Counted from the stretch's first letter, positions 1-10,551 are shown. The stretch: 31,153 nt of DNA from Armatimonadota bacterium (GCA_039679675.1 JBDKUN010000064.1:1-31153), one strand, 5' to 3'. The notes: a model not told the origin generated them from the sequence alone. Translations and numbers: made by a program.

Positions 1-120
1 CTTTATAGACGAGTCCAAGCTAAAGCTACGGCTTTCTCGCTTGCTCGTTATTTTAATCAGATACTCGGAGTTGATCCCATGAGCATTGCCGCTTATGCGG
101 TCTGAACTAGCAAAATCCGT
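1..120 (+). mobile_element. Right end of probable IS982-family insertion sequence (transposase C-terminus 1..105 plus terminal inverted repeat 105..120)
   Basis: Frame 1 reads LYRRVQAKATAFSLARYFNQILGVDPMSIAAYAV* (TGA 103-105), resembling IS982 transposase C-termini. It is followed at once by AACTAGCAAAATCCGT, whose reverse complement ACGGATTTTGCTAGTT has the AC...TGCTAGTT form of IS982-type IRs. Only 120 nt are visible. Confidence 0.6.
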
Positions 121-186
121 TAGCTAATGATTTTCGGCTCTATGCCTGAAACTTATTAAAAGGATCGCAATTTAGTTGGTAGGTTT

Positions 187-600
187 GTGAGTGGCAATTC
201 GATGGAAAATATTCTGCAAAATATACCTGTGGAGCAACCTTCCAGTCGTAAGGTTGTGATAGTCGTATCGAGCGACAGGGCGCTCGCTGAATCTTTGAGA
301 AGTAATCTGGCGAAGGAGTTCGACGTTCTTCTGGCGAGGGACGGAGGCGAGGCTGCAGCGAAGGCGCAGGCGGTAAAAGTAGATATTGCGCTTGTGGACC
401 TTGGCGCACCGGTTCTAGGCGTATCTGCGCTTGGCAGGATGACAAGCCATGTCTCTACACCCGTCATATGCGCGCTCGTGAAACCTGAGGCGGCTCAGGC
501 ACAGACGCAGTTCGATTTCGACTATGTGCTGGCACGTCCGACAAACGGCGCTGACCTTCCTGAAAGAGTCCGTTTCATTCTTGCAAAAGCGGCTAAGTAG
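187..600 (+). CDS. Atypical single-domain response-regulator receiver (CheY-like) protein; start may be ATG 202
   Basis: Receiver-like pattern KVVIVVSSD...A.DG.EA...DIALVDL.AP...DYVLARP; phospho-acceptor Asp kept, other conserved residues degenerate. Confidence 0.65.
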   Translation: MSGNSMENILQNIPVEQPSSRKVVIVVSSDRALAESLRSNLAKEFDVLLARDGGEAAAKAQAVKVDIALVDLGAPVLGVSALGRMTSHVSTPVICALVKPEAAQAQTQFDFDYVLARPTNGADLPERVRFILAKAAK

Positions 601-641
601 CAGTATTATCCCCTTATCAGACTATTGACGGGGGTATCAAG

Positions 642-2858
642 TTGAAAAACGCATTGCTGATAAGCTTTATCGTGGTTTATCTGCTGCTCATTGCCTTACC
701 CTCGTCAACATCCGCTAATGCCCCTGATTACGGCATCAAGATCGACACTTTCAGTGACACATGGGCAGCCTGTGATGACCTTGGCCGCAAATTGCCCATG
801 TATAAAGAAGTCGGGCCACCTCGTGCCACCCGATATGTCGGCGTCTTTTATTTCATCTGCAACGAATCGCATGCAAACAGCGGGCCTTATGATGTCACTA
901 AAATCCTCACTCAAGATCCAAATGCGGTAAATGAGAAAGACAACCCTTTGTGGGGACCGGTGTACTCCGCTCACTACTGGGGTGAGCCATTATTCGGATA
1001 TTATGCTTCGGATGATGAATATGTGCTGCGAAAACACGCTCAGATGCTCTCAGATGCCGGAGTCGATGTTATTTTCATTGATGTCTCCAATAAGTTTACT
1101 TATGAGAACACATACATGACTATGCTCCGAGTGTTTTCCGATATTCGGAAACATGGCGGGAAAACTCCTCAGATAGCGTTCTTGTGTCCGTTTTGGGACC
1201 CGGAAAGTACCGTGGATGAGCTTTATAAAGACCTTTATGAGCCCAATCTGTACTCTAATTTATGGTTCCGATGGGATGGGAAGCCTCTTATTCTGGCAGA
1301 CCCGAACCTGGTCATAGATGATGATGGCTGTGCAAGGCACGACGCAGTTTCTCTGCTATTGAAGGGCCAAACTCTTGGGCAGTCGTTCACTGCAGATAAG
1401 CCGTTTGATTCGGTCGGCGGAACATTTGCCACATGGAATTCGCACACTGCTGGAATGACGCTATCACTTTACAAAGATAGCCCTCTAGGTAAGCTTGTCG
1501 CCAGGAAGAAAATCGTAAATATCCCCGATTGTGCTCCGTCGTTTCTTCATTTTGATAAACCACTGCCGCCAGGCTTCTATTATCTGGAGATATCGAACCC
1601 CGTAAACAAGGTTGGGTGGTTCTGCAATGATAGCGATGTATATCCTCGTGGTTCTGCGTATTCCGATAGGTCAGTATCTATTGGAGACAGGCAATTTACT
1701 GTTATAGCTTCGGAAGGCAGGCATGCGGATATCAGAAAATTCTTCACTTTTAGAAAACCGGAGCCGGACTACTTCAATGACCAGACCCAACCGGACATGT
1801 GGAGTTGGCTTGAGGTATATCCACAGCATGTTTTCAAGAATTCCAAAGGTGAAAAGGAGCAGATGTCTGTTGGCGTTGCTCAGAATGTCGTGGGACGCCG
1901 GTTCGGGGTTATGAGCGAGCCGGATTCGTGCGGCCGCAGCTTCCACAACGGAAAAGTGTGCAAAGACCCAAATGCCGTGCTTTACGGGTGCAATTTTGCA
2001 GAGCAGTGGGGCCGTGCACTTAAAGAAGACCCCGAATTCGTCTTCGTTACCGGCTGGAACGAATGGACTGCTATGAGGTTCGATAATGAATTTAGCGGAA
2101 TTAAACAGCCGGTTATATTCGTCGACGAGTTCGATCAGGAGCACAGCCGGGACATAGAGCCGATGAAGGGCGGTCACGGCGACAATTATTACTATCAACT
2201 GGTCTCATACATCCGCAGGTACAAAGGCGTCCGCAAGCCTCAGGTTGCCAGGTTCCAAAGAACCATTCAGCCGGACGGCAGTTTTGCGCAGTGGCTGGAT
2301 GTAGTGCCGGTATTTAGAGATGATTACGGCGATACGGCTCACAGAAGCCACGCTGGCTTCGATATTTCCACTCAGTATGTGAATAACACAGGGCGAAACG
2401 ATATCGTCGAGGCAAAAGTAGCGGCCGATCAGACGAATATATACTTCTACGTCCAAACAAGTGATGTTCTGACAGATCCGGTGCAGAGCAACAACTGGAT
2501 ACTTCTCTTTATCGATGCCGATATGGACCACAAGACCGGTTGGAACGGTTATGACTATGTGATCAACCGGTCTGTAGAGAATAGTAATGGCTTCGAAGGA
2601 ACTGTCGAGAAGTGCAGCGGTAATGGTTGGGATTGGATGCCAATCGGAAGAGTCAAACTGAATATTCAGAAGAATAAAATGCAGTTTGCAATCGAGCGGA
2701 GCATGCTGAACCTCGAAGCAAAGGATTTAAATCTGAGCTTTTACTTCAAATGGGCTGATAACATATCGGATTCGGGCAATATCATCGATTTTCTGGATAA
2801 CGGCGACACTGCGCCGGATGCGCGGTTCAACTACGTCTTTACAGCCGACTTTAAGTAG
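642..2858 (+). CDS. Secreted glycoside hydrolase-like protein (GH99/GH71-like barrel, inserted beta-sandwich, C-terminal CBM9/DOMON-like domain)
   Basis: Hydrophobic signal peptide; motifs YWGEPLFGYY.S.D..V.RKHA.ML.DAGVD, VFVTGWNEW and SRDIEP; C-terminal NIYFYV...LFIDAD...TGW.GYDY. Substrate unknown. Confidence 0.65.
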   Translation: MKNALLISFIVVYLLLIALPSSTSANAPDYGIKIDTFSDTWAACDDLGRKLPMYKEVGPPRATRYVGVFYFICNESHANSGPYDVTKILTQDPNAVNEKDNPLWGPVYSAHYWGEPLFGYYASDDEYVLRKHAQMLSDAGVDVIFIDVSNKFTYENTYMTMLRVFSDIRKHGGKTPQIAFLCPFWDPESTVDELYKDLYEPNLYSNLWFRWDGKPLILADPNLVIDDDGCARHDAVSLLLKGQTLGQSFTADKPFDSVGGTFATWNSHTAGMTLSLYKDSPLGKLVARKKIVNIPDCAPSFLHFDKPLPPGFYYLEISNPVNKVGWFCNDSDVYPRGSAYSDRSVSIGDRQFTVIASEGRHADIRKFFTFRKPEPDYFNDQTQPDMWSWLEVYPQHVFKNSKGEKEQMSVGVAQNVVGRRFGVMSEPDSCGRSFHNGKVCKDPNAVLYGCNFAEQWGRALKEDPEFVFVTGWNEWTAMRFDNEFSGIKQPVIFVDEFDQEHSRDIEPMKGGHGDNYYYQLVSYIRRYKGVRKPQVARFQRTIQPDGSFAQWLDVVPVFRDDYGDTAHRSHAGFDISTQYVNNTGRNDIVEAKVAADQTNIYFYVQTSDVLTDPVQSNNWILLFIDADMDHKTGWNGYDYVINRSVENSNGFEGTVEKCSGNGWDWMPIGRVKLNIQKNKMQFAIERSMLNLEAKDLNLSFYFKWADNISDSGNIIDFLDNGDTAPDARFNYVFTADFK

Positions 2859-2871
2859 CATGATAAAGCTA

Positions 2872-3372
2872 TCAGCGGTTTTGTCCGAGTACATGTTGAA
2901 TTAGTCGAGTGTCCTGAACGCGGATCATCTCGTTAATAATTCGAAAATGCTGATTATTGGAGATTGAAGGCCAGCGTTGAGACAGATCAGCGAGTATATG
3001 CCTCAAAAACTTCTTGGTTTCAATTTCAAGATCAGATATTAATGTTGTTGCTCTTGCAGCGGTATAGGATGCGGAGATGTCCGCATGTATTGTGTCAATC
3101 CTGCTGAATTGAATATAATCCTCATTCTCGGTGAAGTGTAAATATGCATCTTTGGAGCCATTAAGCAAACGGACTGCATCATATGCTTGAATCGCAAAAT
3201 CAAGAACAGGTATCCATCCCCACCTTGCATCAAACGAAGAGTCATCAACGCTGAACATGACATCTCCACAGAAAAGATATACCGTGAGATCACTTATGCT
3301 AGCATTGGCGATCGTTTTATCATCAATCAAGCTTAATTGGTATTTATCTAGCGAGTAATTCAGAGATATCAT
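2872..3372 (-). CDS. Hypothetical protein, possible polymorphic-toxin immunity protein
   Basis: AT-rich ORF; likely start ATG 3372 (MISLNY) rather than 3450, which overlaps the upstream gene; GDV.F.VD..SF.ARWGWIPVLDFA and FTE.E..I.F.R segments. Confidence 0.5.
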   Translation of the reverse strand: MISLNYSLDKYQLSLIDDKTIANASISDLTVYLFCGDVMFSVDDSSFDARWGWIPVLDFAIQAYDAVRLLNGSKDAYLHFTENEDYIQFSRIDTIHADISASYTAARATTLISDLEIETKKFLRHILADLSQRWPSISNNQHFRIINEMIRVQDTRLIQHVLGQNR

Positions 3373-3433
3373 AGCATCTTTCTTTATCGTCCTGGATGGG
3401 TCGAAAAATCTGTTCCACGTGGGCGTTGTTTCC

Positions 3434-3820
3434 TCACATCCCCTTGACACCTAAAGCGGCTGCTACAAAATCGATTATTATTACCAGTAATATGCATCCA
3501 AAGGAGGCTATAAAAAGTTTGAGCGCTATAGACCACAATTTTCTGAGGGTGAGCTTAAGCTTTAATATAGATGGGTCGTCAATTTCCCTGTCATCATAAA
3601 TATACCTGATAGTACGCGGGCCGTTTCTTGCGCCAGGTCCTATAAGCCGCCCTATAGTTGTTATTTCTTCCCATCTTTGGGGATAGTGCTTCTTAAGGTA
3701 AGCGTGCAGCTTCCACCAGGGCATTTGCATAATAAAGGCTATTATTATCCCCGCTGCCACAAAAGAACCTACTGTTGCAAAAGCCAATAATGTCGTTATT
3801 ACTTTGAATACATGATCCAT
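3434..3820 (-). CDS. Hypothetical two-helix membrane protein
   Basis: 128 aa, hydrophobic stretches at both ends, AT-rich, directly downstream of htpX. Confidence 0.55.
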   Translation of the reverse strand: MDHVFKVITTLLAFATVGSFVAAGIIIAFIMQMPWWKLHAYLKKHYPQRWEEITTIGRLIGPGARNGPRTIRYIYDDREIDDPSILKLKLTLRKLWSIALKLFIASFGCILLVIIIDFVAAALGVKGM

Positions 3821-3857
3821 TTTGGCGACCGGTCCTTAAGCCTTGTTAACTGCCAGA

Positions 3858-4748
3858 TTACATTGTTCTCAGCCTGCGAATGCGTTCCTCTACGGGCGGG
3901 TGCGTGTCGAACAGGTTGTTTATCGTGCCGCCGATGTCTTTCAGCGGGTTATAGATGTAAAGATGCGCTGTCGCCTTGTTTGCTGCTTCCAGCGGCTCCG
4001 GGTCGGCGGCGATTTTCTCCAAAGCGCTCGCCAGCCCTTCGGGATAACGTGTCAGAAGCGCGCCGGAAGCATCCGCCAGAAACTCCCTCTGTCTGGAAAG
4101 TGCGGCCTGCATCAACGCTGCAATGAGTGGCGCGAGGATTGCAGCCACGAGCGCGAGGATTAACCAGATCAACTGAGCGCCGTTGTTATCGTCTGAACTG
4201 CGCCGTCTGCTTCGTCCGCCCCAGTAGGTGCTTCTGAGCATCCAGTCCGAGAGCAGCGCGACGATTCCGACCATCACAGCCACGAGTGTAGCAAAACGGA
4301 TGTCGTAATTCTTGATATGGCTCATCTCATGTGCGATGACGCCTTCCAGCTCGACCCTGTTCATCTTCTGCGCGAGCCCTGTTGTAACGCAGATGACTCC
4401 ATGTTCGGGGTCGCGGCCTGTTGCAAACGCATTCGGCGCGGTATCGTCGATGACATAGACCTTCGGCACAGATAATCCCGCAGCAAGCGCCAGTCCTTCG
4501 ACGCTGTTAATGAGGTGAGCGTATTCAGGCTTCTCTGCAGGGCGGGCCTGTGACATCGCAAGAACTATCCTGTCGCTGTAATAGTAACTGCTGAAGGTCA
4601 TAGCGATCGCTATTATGACCGCAACCGGCATTATCCAGGGGCTTCTGGTATACTGCGAAAAGACAAACCCAACCGCGAGGATTATCAACATGAAAACGAA
4701 GATAAGTCCCCACGATTTTATCTTATTGCTTGATATTTGATCGTACAC
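3858..4748 (-). CDS. htpX: M48 family zinc metalloprotease HtpX
   Basis: PNAFATG, HEMSH (HExxH), SRQREFLAD and THPP motifs; TM helices; follows lemA. Confidence 0.93.
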   Translation of the reverse strand: MYDQISSNKIKSWGLIFVFMLIILAVGFVFSQYTRSPWIMPVAVIIAIAMTFSSYYYSDRIVLAMSQARPAEKPEYAHLINSVEGLALAAGLSVPKVYVIDDTAPNAFATGRDPEHGVICVTTGLAQKMNRVELEGVIAHEMSHIKNYDIRFATLVAVMVGIVALLSDWMLRSTYWGGRSRRRSSDDNNGAQLIWLILALVAAILAPLIAALMQAALSRQREFLADASGALLTRYPEGLASALEKIAADPEPLEAANKATAHLYIYNPLKDIGGTINNLFDTHPPVEERIRRLRTM

Positions 4749-4752
4749 TTAG

Positions 4753-5307
4753 TTAAAACTGCACCTTTATCGGTTCGCGCGCAACATCTTCCATCGGGAA
4801 GTATTCCTTCGATTGGAAGCCGAACGACCCGGCGATGATATTGGCAGGAAACTGCTGGATCATAGCGTTGAATGCCATTACGGTATCATTATAAAACTGC
4901 CGGGCGTAAGCGATCTTAGATTCCGTGCCGGAAAGCTCTTCCTGAAGCATCATGAAGTTCTGGTTTGCCTTCAGGTCAGGATATGCCTCGGCTACCGCAA
5001 ACAGGCTTTTCAGCGCCTGGCTGATCATATTTTGTGCCTGTCCCTGCTGTTCAACGCCCTGTGCGCTTGTCATAGCGGAACGGGCTTCTGTGACTTTCTC
5101 GAAGACTTCGCGCTCATGAGACGCATAACCCTTCACCGTCTCCACCAGGTTCGGGATAAGGTCGTAACGGCGCCTGAGCTGTACGTCTATCTGTGACCAT
5201 GCGTTTTCGATCCTGTTGCGCAGCACGACAAGCCTGTTGTAGGTCAAAATTGCCCATAAAAACAGCAGTCCGACCAGTGCGAGAACGACTATCAGTCCGG
5301 TTGGCAT
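4753..5307 (-). CDS. lemA: LemA family protein
   Basis: N-terminal TM, then YNRLV..RN.IENAWSQIDVQL.RR.DLIPNLVETVKGY and AEAYPDLKANQNF; GGAGG RBS upstream. Confidence 0.95.
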   Translation of the reverse strand: MPTGLIVVLALVGLLFLWAILTYNRLVVLRNRIENAWSQIDVQLRRRYDLIPNLVETVKGYASHEREVFEKVTEARSAMTSAQGVEQQGQAQNMISQALKSLFAVAEAYPDLKANQNFMMLQEELSGTESKIAYARQFYNDTVMAFNAMIQQFPANIIAGSFGFQSKEYFPMEDVAREPIKVQF

Positions 5308-5340
5308 AGGTTATACCTCCTACTTGTATCAGTGATGAAT

Positions 5341-5369
5341 ATTGTGCTGCATATGAACCGGAATGTCAA
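5341..5369 (-). promoter_or_regulatory. Sigma70-type promoter for lemA-htpX
   Basis: Minus strand TTGACA-17 nt-CACAAT. Confidence 0.55.
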
Positions 5370-5408
5370 GAATCGTGAAGCCAGACAGGGTTAAAACCTG
5401 CTTCTGCG

Positions 5409-5437
5409 TTGACATTCTCACATAGGTGTGTTACGTT
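5409..5437 (+). promoter_or_regulatory. Sigma70-type promoter for first GH130 gene
   Basis: TTGACA-17 nt-TACGTT. Confidence 0.5.
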
Positions 5438-5461
5438 TGCAGATAATAGCATATTATAAGG

Positions 5462-6436
5462 ATGCTCAATAAGATGAACAAAAAAGGCAAGTTGTTTCGA
5501 GCCAACATGCTGGCGGACCATCTCTTCAAACGCTACAAAGACAATCCTATCATCACAAACGGGGACATGCCTTACATCTGCGGTGCTGTATTTAACGCAG
5601 GCGCGACGATATTCGAGGATGAAACTCTGCTGCTTTTGCGGGTAGAGGATCTGGAAGGTATTTCCCATCTCACTGTAGCGAGGAGCCGCGATGGATTTAC
5701 CGGCTGGAGGATCGAAAAAGACCCGCTGATGTATCCGTGCATGGATAATGGCCCATATGAGGTCTACGGCTGCGAGGACCCCCGCTTAACCTATCTCGAT
5801 GATCTCAAGAAGTGGGTCATCGCATACACAGCGTACTCGCCTTTCGGAGCCGGAGTCGCGCTGGCGCTTACGGACGATTTCAAACGGGTAGACCGGCTGG
5901 GACTTGTCCTTGCACCGAATAATAAAGATGCCGCCGTTTTTCCCCGGAAGATAAATGGCCGTTATTGGATGCTTCACAGGCCTGTAGCAGGTGATATTGA
6001 GCATATTTGGCTGACGGAGTCGGAAGACCTTGTCCATTGGGGACATCCGTGGTGTGTCATAATGGAAAGGGACGGCCCCAGGTGGGATGCCTGCAAAATC
6101 GGCGCTAATACTGTGCCGATAGAGACACCGGAAGGCTGGCTGATACTTTACCACGGGGTCAAGATGTTTGCAGCCGGTCCTACCTACAGGATGGGAATGG
6201 CGCTTCTCGACCTTGAAGACCCCCGCAGGCTGATCGCACGGCTTCCATTCTGGGTGCTCGGTCCATCGGAGTACTACGAGACTTCCGGTGCAGTGCCGAA
6301 CATAGTATTTTCCTGTGGACACACTCAGACCGGCAACAGGATAAACCTTTACTACGGAGCAGCAGACTGCAGACTTTGTGTGGCGACCGCGTCGGTGAAC
6401 GAGCTGATCGACGAACTCAAGAAATACCGGGTCTAG
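5462..6436 (+). CDS. Glycoside hydrolase family 130 protein (beta-mannoside phosphorylase/glycosidase-like)
   Basis: NPII...VFNAGA, GCEDPR, YTAYS, NKDA..FP.KING, KIG, LYHGV, P.EYYE..G.VPNIVF and YYGAAD motifs; start could be ATG 5507. Confidence 0.9.
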   Translation: MLNKMNKKGKLFRANMLADHLFKRYKDNPIITNGDMPYICGAVFNAGATIFEDETLLLLRVEDLEGISHLTVARSRDGFTGWRIEKDPLMYPCMDNGPYEVYGCEDPRLTYLDDLKKWVIAYTAYSPFGAGVALALTDDFKRVDRLGLVLAPNNKDAAVFPRKINGRYWMLHRPVAGDIEHIWLTESEDLVHWGHPWCVIMERDGPRWDACKIGANTVPIETPEGWLILYHGVKMFAAGPTYRMGMALLDLEDPRRLIARLPFWVLGPSEYYETSGAVPNIVFSCGHTQTGNRINLYYGAADCRLCVATASVNELIDELKKYRV

Positions 6437-6473
6437 GCAGGATTTTTTGACGGTTCTGAAGCGATGGAATATT

Positions 6474-6502
6474 CAGGCCGGAGGCATTTTCCATCCGGCC
6501 TG
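6474..6502. terminator. Hairpin between convergent genes (probable terminator)
   Basis: CAGGCCGGA...TCCGGCCTG inverted repeat. Confidence 0.5.
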
Positions 6503-6524
6503 TATCTAAACGCTGCGTTGAGTC

Positions 6525-7067
6525 TTACCTCACCGGCACTATCGGGTATACGACTGCGCTGAAACCCTGATCAGCAAGGGATATATGCACCCTGATACTT
6601 GTCGCCCCTTCAGGAAGCAGGGCTATTATCTCATACGGCGGGCTGGTCACTGTGCCGGTTCCAAGCACGTCTCCATTGAATGCCAGAACATCGACGGTCA
6701 ACTGCACTACTGTTCCGGGCCGCGATGGAGCAGCCACCTTTACCTCATTACCGCCGATCCACTTGACCCTTGGTTTGACCATAGGCATGGCAAGATCTGG
6801 CCTGTCTACAAGCGTTTGCTGGCTTCCACGTTGTCCACCGTAGATATAAGGCCCATAGCCCATACCCATATGCCCCGTTCCGTACCCGTAGACCTCCCAG
6901 CTCTCAGATGGATAGTAGTTGTAGAAGTACTTCGCCGAGCCGTAATCGGGATAACCGGGCCCCGGTCCGAAGTACCGCGGTAGATCAGCGCTTCCCGCCA
7001 AAGCAGGCAGGGCAACCAGTACCGCCAACACCAGTATTAAGATTGCTATCACAGCACGGATACTCAT
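6525..7067 (-). CDS. Hypothetical secreted protein with Gly/Tyr/Pro-rich N-terminal region
   Basis: Signal peptide ending ALA; AAGGAGG RBS; low-complexity G/Y segment then beta-rich C-terminus. Confidence 0.7.
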   Translation of the reverse strand: MSIRAVIAILILVLAVLVALPALAGSADLPRYFGPGPGYPDYGSAKYFYNYYPSESWEVYGYGTGHMGMGYGPYIYGGQRGSQQTLVDRPDLAMPMVKPRVKWIGGNEVKVAAPSRPGTVVQLTVDVLAFNGDVLGTGTVTSPPYEIIALLPEGATSIRVHISLADQGFSAVVYPIVPVR

Positions 7068-7271
7068 CTTGAGTGGCCTCCTTACCCGTAGGTCCGAGTA
7101 AAACCTCCCATATTACATTTAACCAAGTACCCTCATATAGTATATTTCACACTTGCACGGTTCTTATACTTGTGCTGGGAACAATCAGGCCTAGACTGTC
7201 GTCGTAATAAAGGCAGCATTCAAACACTGCCATTGCCATAACATTCCTTAAGTGCCTGTTGAGGTAAAGGA

Positions 7272-8219
7272 TTGAGAGAAATAACAAAGAACGCCAATAA
7301 TGGCGTCGCAATGACGGTAAGGGGAATAGATGTCTCCAGCCGTTTCTTCTGGGAAGTCGCTCTGCCTGTTTTTGAGTCTGAATTTCCCTCATATATAGAT
7401 CGGATAGCTGTCGGTCTCGTTGCCGCAGGTTCAGACTGCGCTGGTAACGACGATGGAGTCTCGCGTGATTTTGACTGGGGCCCCAGGCTTCAGGCCTTTT
7501 TGACCGAACAGGATTTCAACGAGATAGGGGCCGATGTCCAGTCGGCGCTCGATGGGCTTCCGAACATCTTCCATGGCACATGCTGCCGTCCATCCGGCTT
7601 GCACTCAAGCACGGTTTATTACATAGATAGTTTCTTCATTAAAAACACGTTCAATCCAGCCCTGAATATCGGTTTTTCGCATGCTCCGCAGTCAGCAGCC
7701 GATTGGCTTCGCATACCTGAATACCGCTTATTCGATCTCGCCCATGGACAAGTGTTCTACGACCCGATTGGCGAGTTTACCGAGCGCCGTAAGGAGTTCA
7801 TGGCCTATTATCCTAACGATGCGTGGAAGAGGCTTATTTTCGCGGCGCTCAGAGACTGCAGTGAGTATGGCGAGCGGCTGCTGCCGAGATCTATCGCCCA
7901 CGATGATTACTACACAGCGCAGATCGCATGGTGGAACTTCTCCGAATCGATTTTGAAGCTTGGATTCCTGCTGAACCGCTGTTATGCGCCGAGAAAACAA
8001 TGGCTATACCGTGAGTTTTGCAAGCTGCCTCTGGATTCGAGCCGGGTTGTAGACCTGCTATGGGATGGTCAGAACGATATTGTTCCTAAAATAGACCTTG
8101 TCGGCAGGATAGCTGCTATCTACGGTAGAAGGCTGCACCAGTTCGGCCTTATTCGAAAAACCCCGAATGGCTCTCCAGGTTCCTTCGATTTGTGGTCAAG
8201 TGATATTCACTACACTTAG
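7272..8219 (+). CDS. DUF4037 domain-containing protein (nucleotidyltransferase-like fold)
   Basis: IAVGLV..GSDC.G.DD.VSRD.DWGP, W..IPE..L....G.VFYDP.G.FT and LLNR.YAP..KW-like motifs; start may be ATG 7311. Confidence 0.75.
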   Translation: MREITKNANNGVAMTVRGIDVSSRFFWEVALPVFESEFPSYIDRIAVGLVAAGSDCAGNDDGVSRDFDWGPRLQAFLTEQDFNEIGADVQSALDGLPNIFHGTCCRPSGLHSSTVYYIDSFFIKNTFNPALNIGFSHAPQSAADWLRIPEYRLFDLAHGQVFYDPIGEFTERRKEFMAYYPNDAWKRLIFAALRDCSEYGERLLPRSIAHDDYYTAQIAWWNFSESILKLGFLLNRCYAPRKQWLYREFCKLPLDSSRVVDLLWDGQNDIVPKIDLVGRIAAIYGRRLHQFGLIRKTPNGSPGSFDLWSSDIHYT

Positions 8220-8239
8220 GGACAAATTTCTGTCTCAAA

Positions 8240-8923
8240 CTATTCTCCATTACCCCCGCACCAACCCCGTTTTCGAAAAATTCGTCGCCAAAAGACAGCA
8301 GCGATGACCAGAAATACGGGTGAAGCGAGCAGCCCTAAGATCCCTGCAGATTCATCGCGGTAAAAAAGGTATTTAAGTACGTGGACGCGGTTGTTTTCGA
8401 CTCGGTAGATGCTTTTCCAACTGTCGCGCTCACCCTCAACAAGCGTCTGAACAACCTGTGTTTTCGTTTTCGGGTCATCTTTAAGAATTCTAACTCTTAC
8501 GGTGTGAGGCCATTCTCCGGGTTTGGAGTTGAGCGATATATTTGCAAGTTTTACATCATGCTTAGTGATGTAAAAAGTGTAGAGTTCGGCTGCTCTGCCA
8601 GTGCTTTTCCATACAATGGGCCGTTTTCCGTATATCTGCTCTAGCTCATGTATAGTTGCCTTATTTTGCTTATCCTGTTCAGATAGAGTATCTGCTATTC
8701 CATGCGTTGAACAGGACCATTCATGTATCAGCTCAACAGGTTTTCCATCTTTCATGCCAATGATGTAGAAATCTCCCGTGCGTATTGGACCGCTGATGGT
8801 GTCCGGCCGAAACATAAGCAATGACAGCCCATATCTGCCGGCATGAAAGAGCATTATGGTTGTTCCTAATATAAGCGCTATCAGAATAATATTGAATAGA
8901 AGAGACCTGAGAATGCGGTCCAT
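8240..8923 (-). CDS. Hypothetical membrane protein (N- and C-terminal TM helices)
   Basis: 227-aa AT-rich ORF with GAGGTG RBS. Confidence 0.65.
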   Translation of the reverse strand: MDRILRSLLFNIILIALILGTTIMLFHAGRYGLSLLMFRPDTISGPIRTGDFYIIGMKDGKPVELIHEWSCSTHGIADTLSEQDKQNKATIHELEQIYGKRPIVWKSTGRAAELYTFYITKHDVKLANISLNSKPGEWPHTVRVRILKDDPKTKTQVVQTLVEGERDSWKSIYRVENNRVHVLKYLFYRDESAGILGLLASPVFLVIAAVFWRRIFRKRGWCGGNGE

Positions 8924-9025
8924 AGGGTGAAATCACCTCGCTTTATTTATCTAGTTATACAAGATTCACGTGCTGATATCCTCCTTACCCATGTACTAAA
9001 ACCAATAGCCTACCTATGGCTCCCG

Positions 9026-9034
9026 TGCTATAAT
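9026..9034 (+). promoter_or_regulatory. Extended -10 promoter for tgt
   Basis: TGCTATAAT about 35 nt before the inferred start. Confidence 0.55.
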
Positions 9035-9038
9035 ATAG

Positions 9039-10211
<1,173 letters not shown>

Positions 10212-10531
10212 TCACGAAAGCAGGAAATTAGGAAAGCACGAAATAGGGAAACAGCATGGATTGTGGAGACTCGTGCTTCGGGATGAAAAGAATCCCGAAG
10301 CATAAAGACGTCACCCTGAACAGCCAGCATGACGTTTTCCCTTTGCTTCGGACTGCTTGCTGCCGAAGCGGGCCGTTAGACCCCGTTCGTATGCTTCGGG
10401 ACCGCAGTTCGTCCTACTACCCCGTGGACTCACTGGACCACGGGGGCATTAACCGTGGACCCACTGGACCACGGGGAGAAGCACACTTTCCACTAATCCC
10501 TTTTTCCTTTCTCCATTTCGTGTTTTCGTGA
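10212..10531. repeat. Cluster of nested REP-like palindromes between tgt and HD gene
   Basis: Outer TCACGAAAG...TTTTCGTGA inverted ends; TGCTTCGGGA..TCCCGAAGCA hairpin 10274-10302; two 24-nt direct copies CCGTGGACYCACTGGACCACGGGG at 10422-10445 and 10453-10476. Confidence 0.8.
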
Positions 10532-10551
10532 GAAAAACAAGGACAAACACA

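Noticed and set aside
10422..10476. Two 24-nt palindromic direct repeats as a mini-CRISPR
   Set aside because: Only two units with a 7-nt gap, no spacer-sized sequence and no cas genes.
10256..10531. 91-aa ORF between tgt and the HD gene (also 30054..30404 and 30088..30312)
   Set aside because: They run through palindromic repeat clusters or overlap real genes; most likely spurious.
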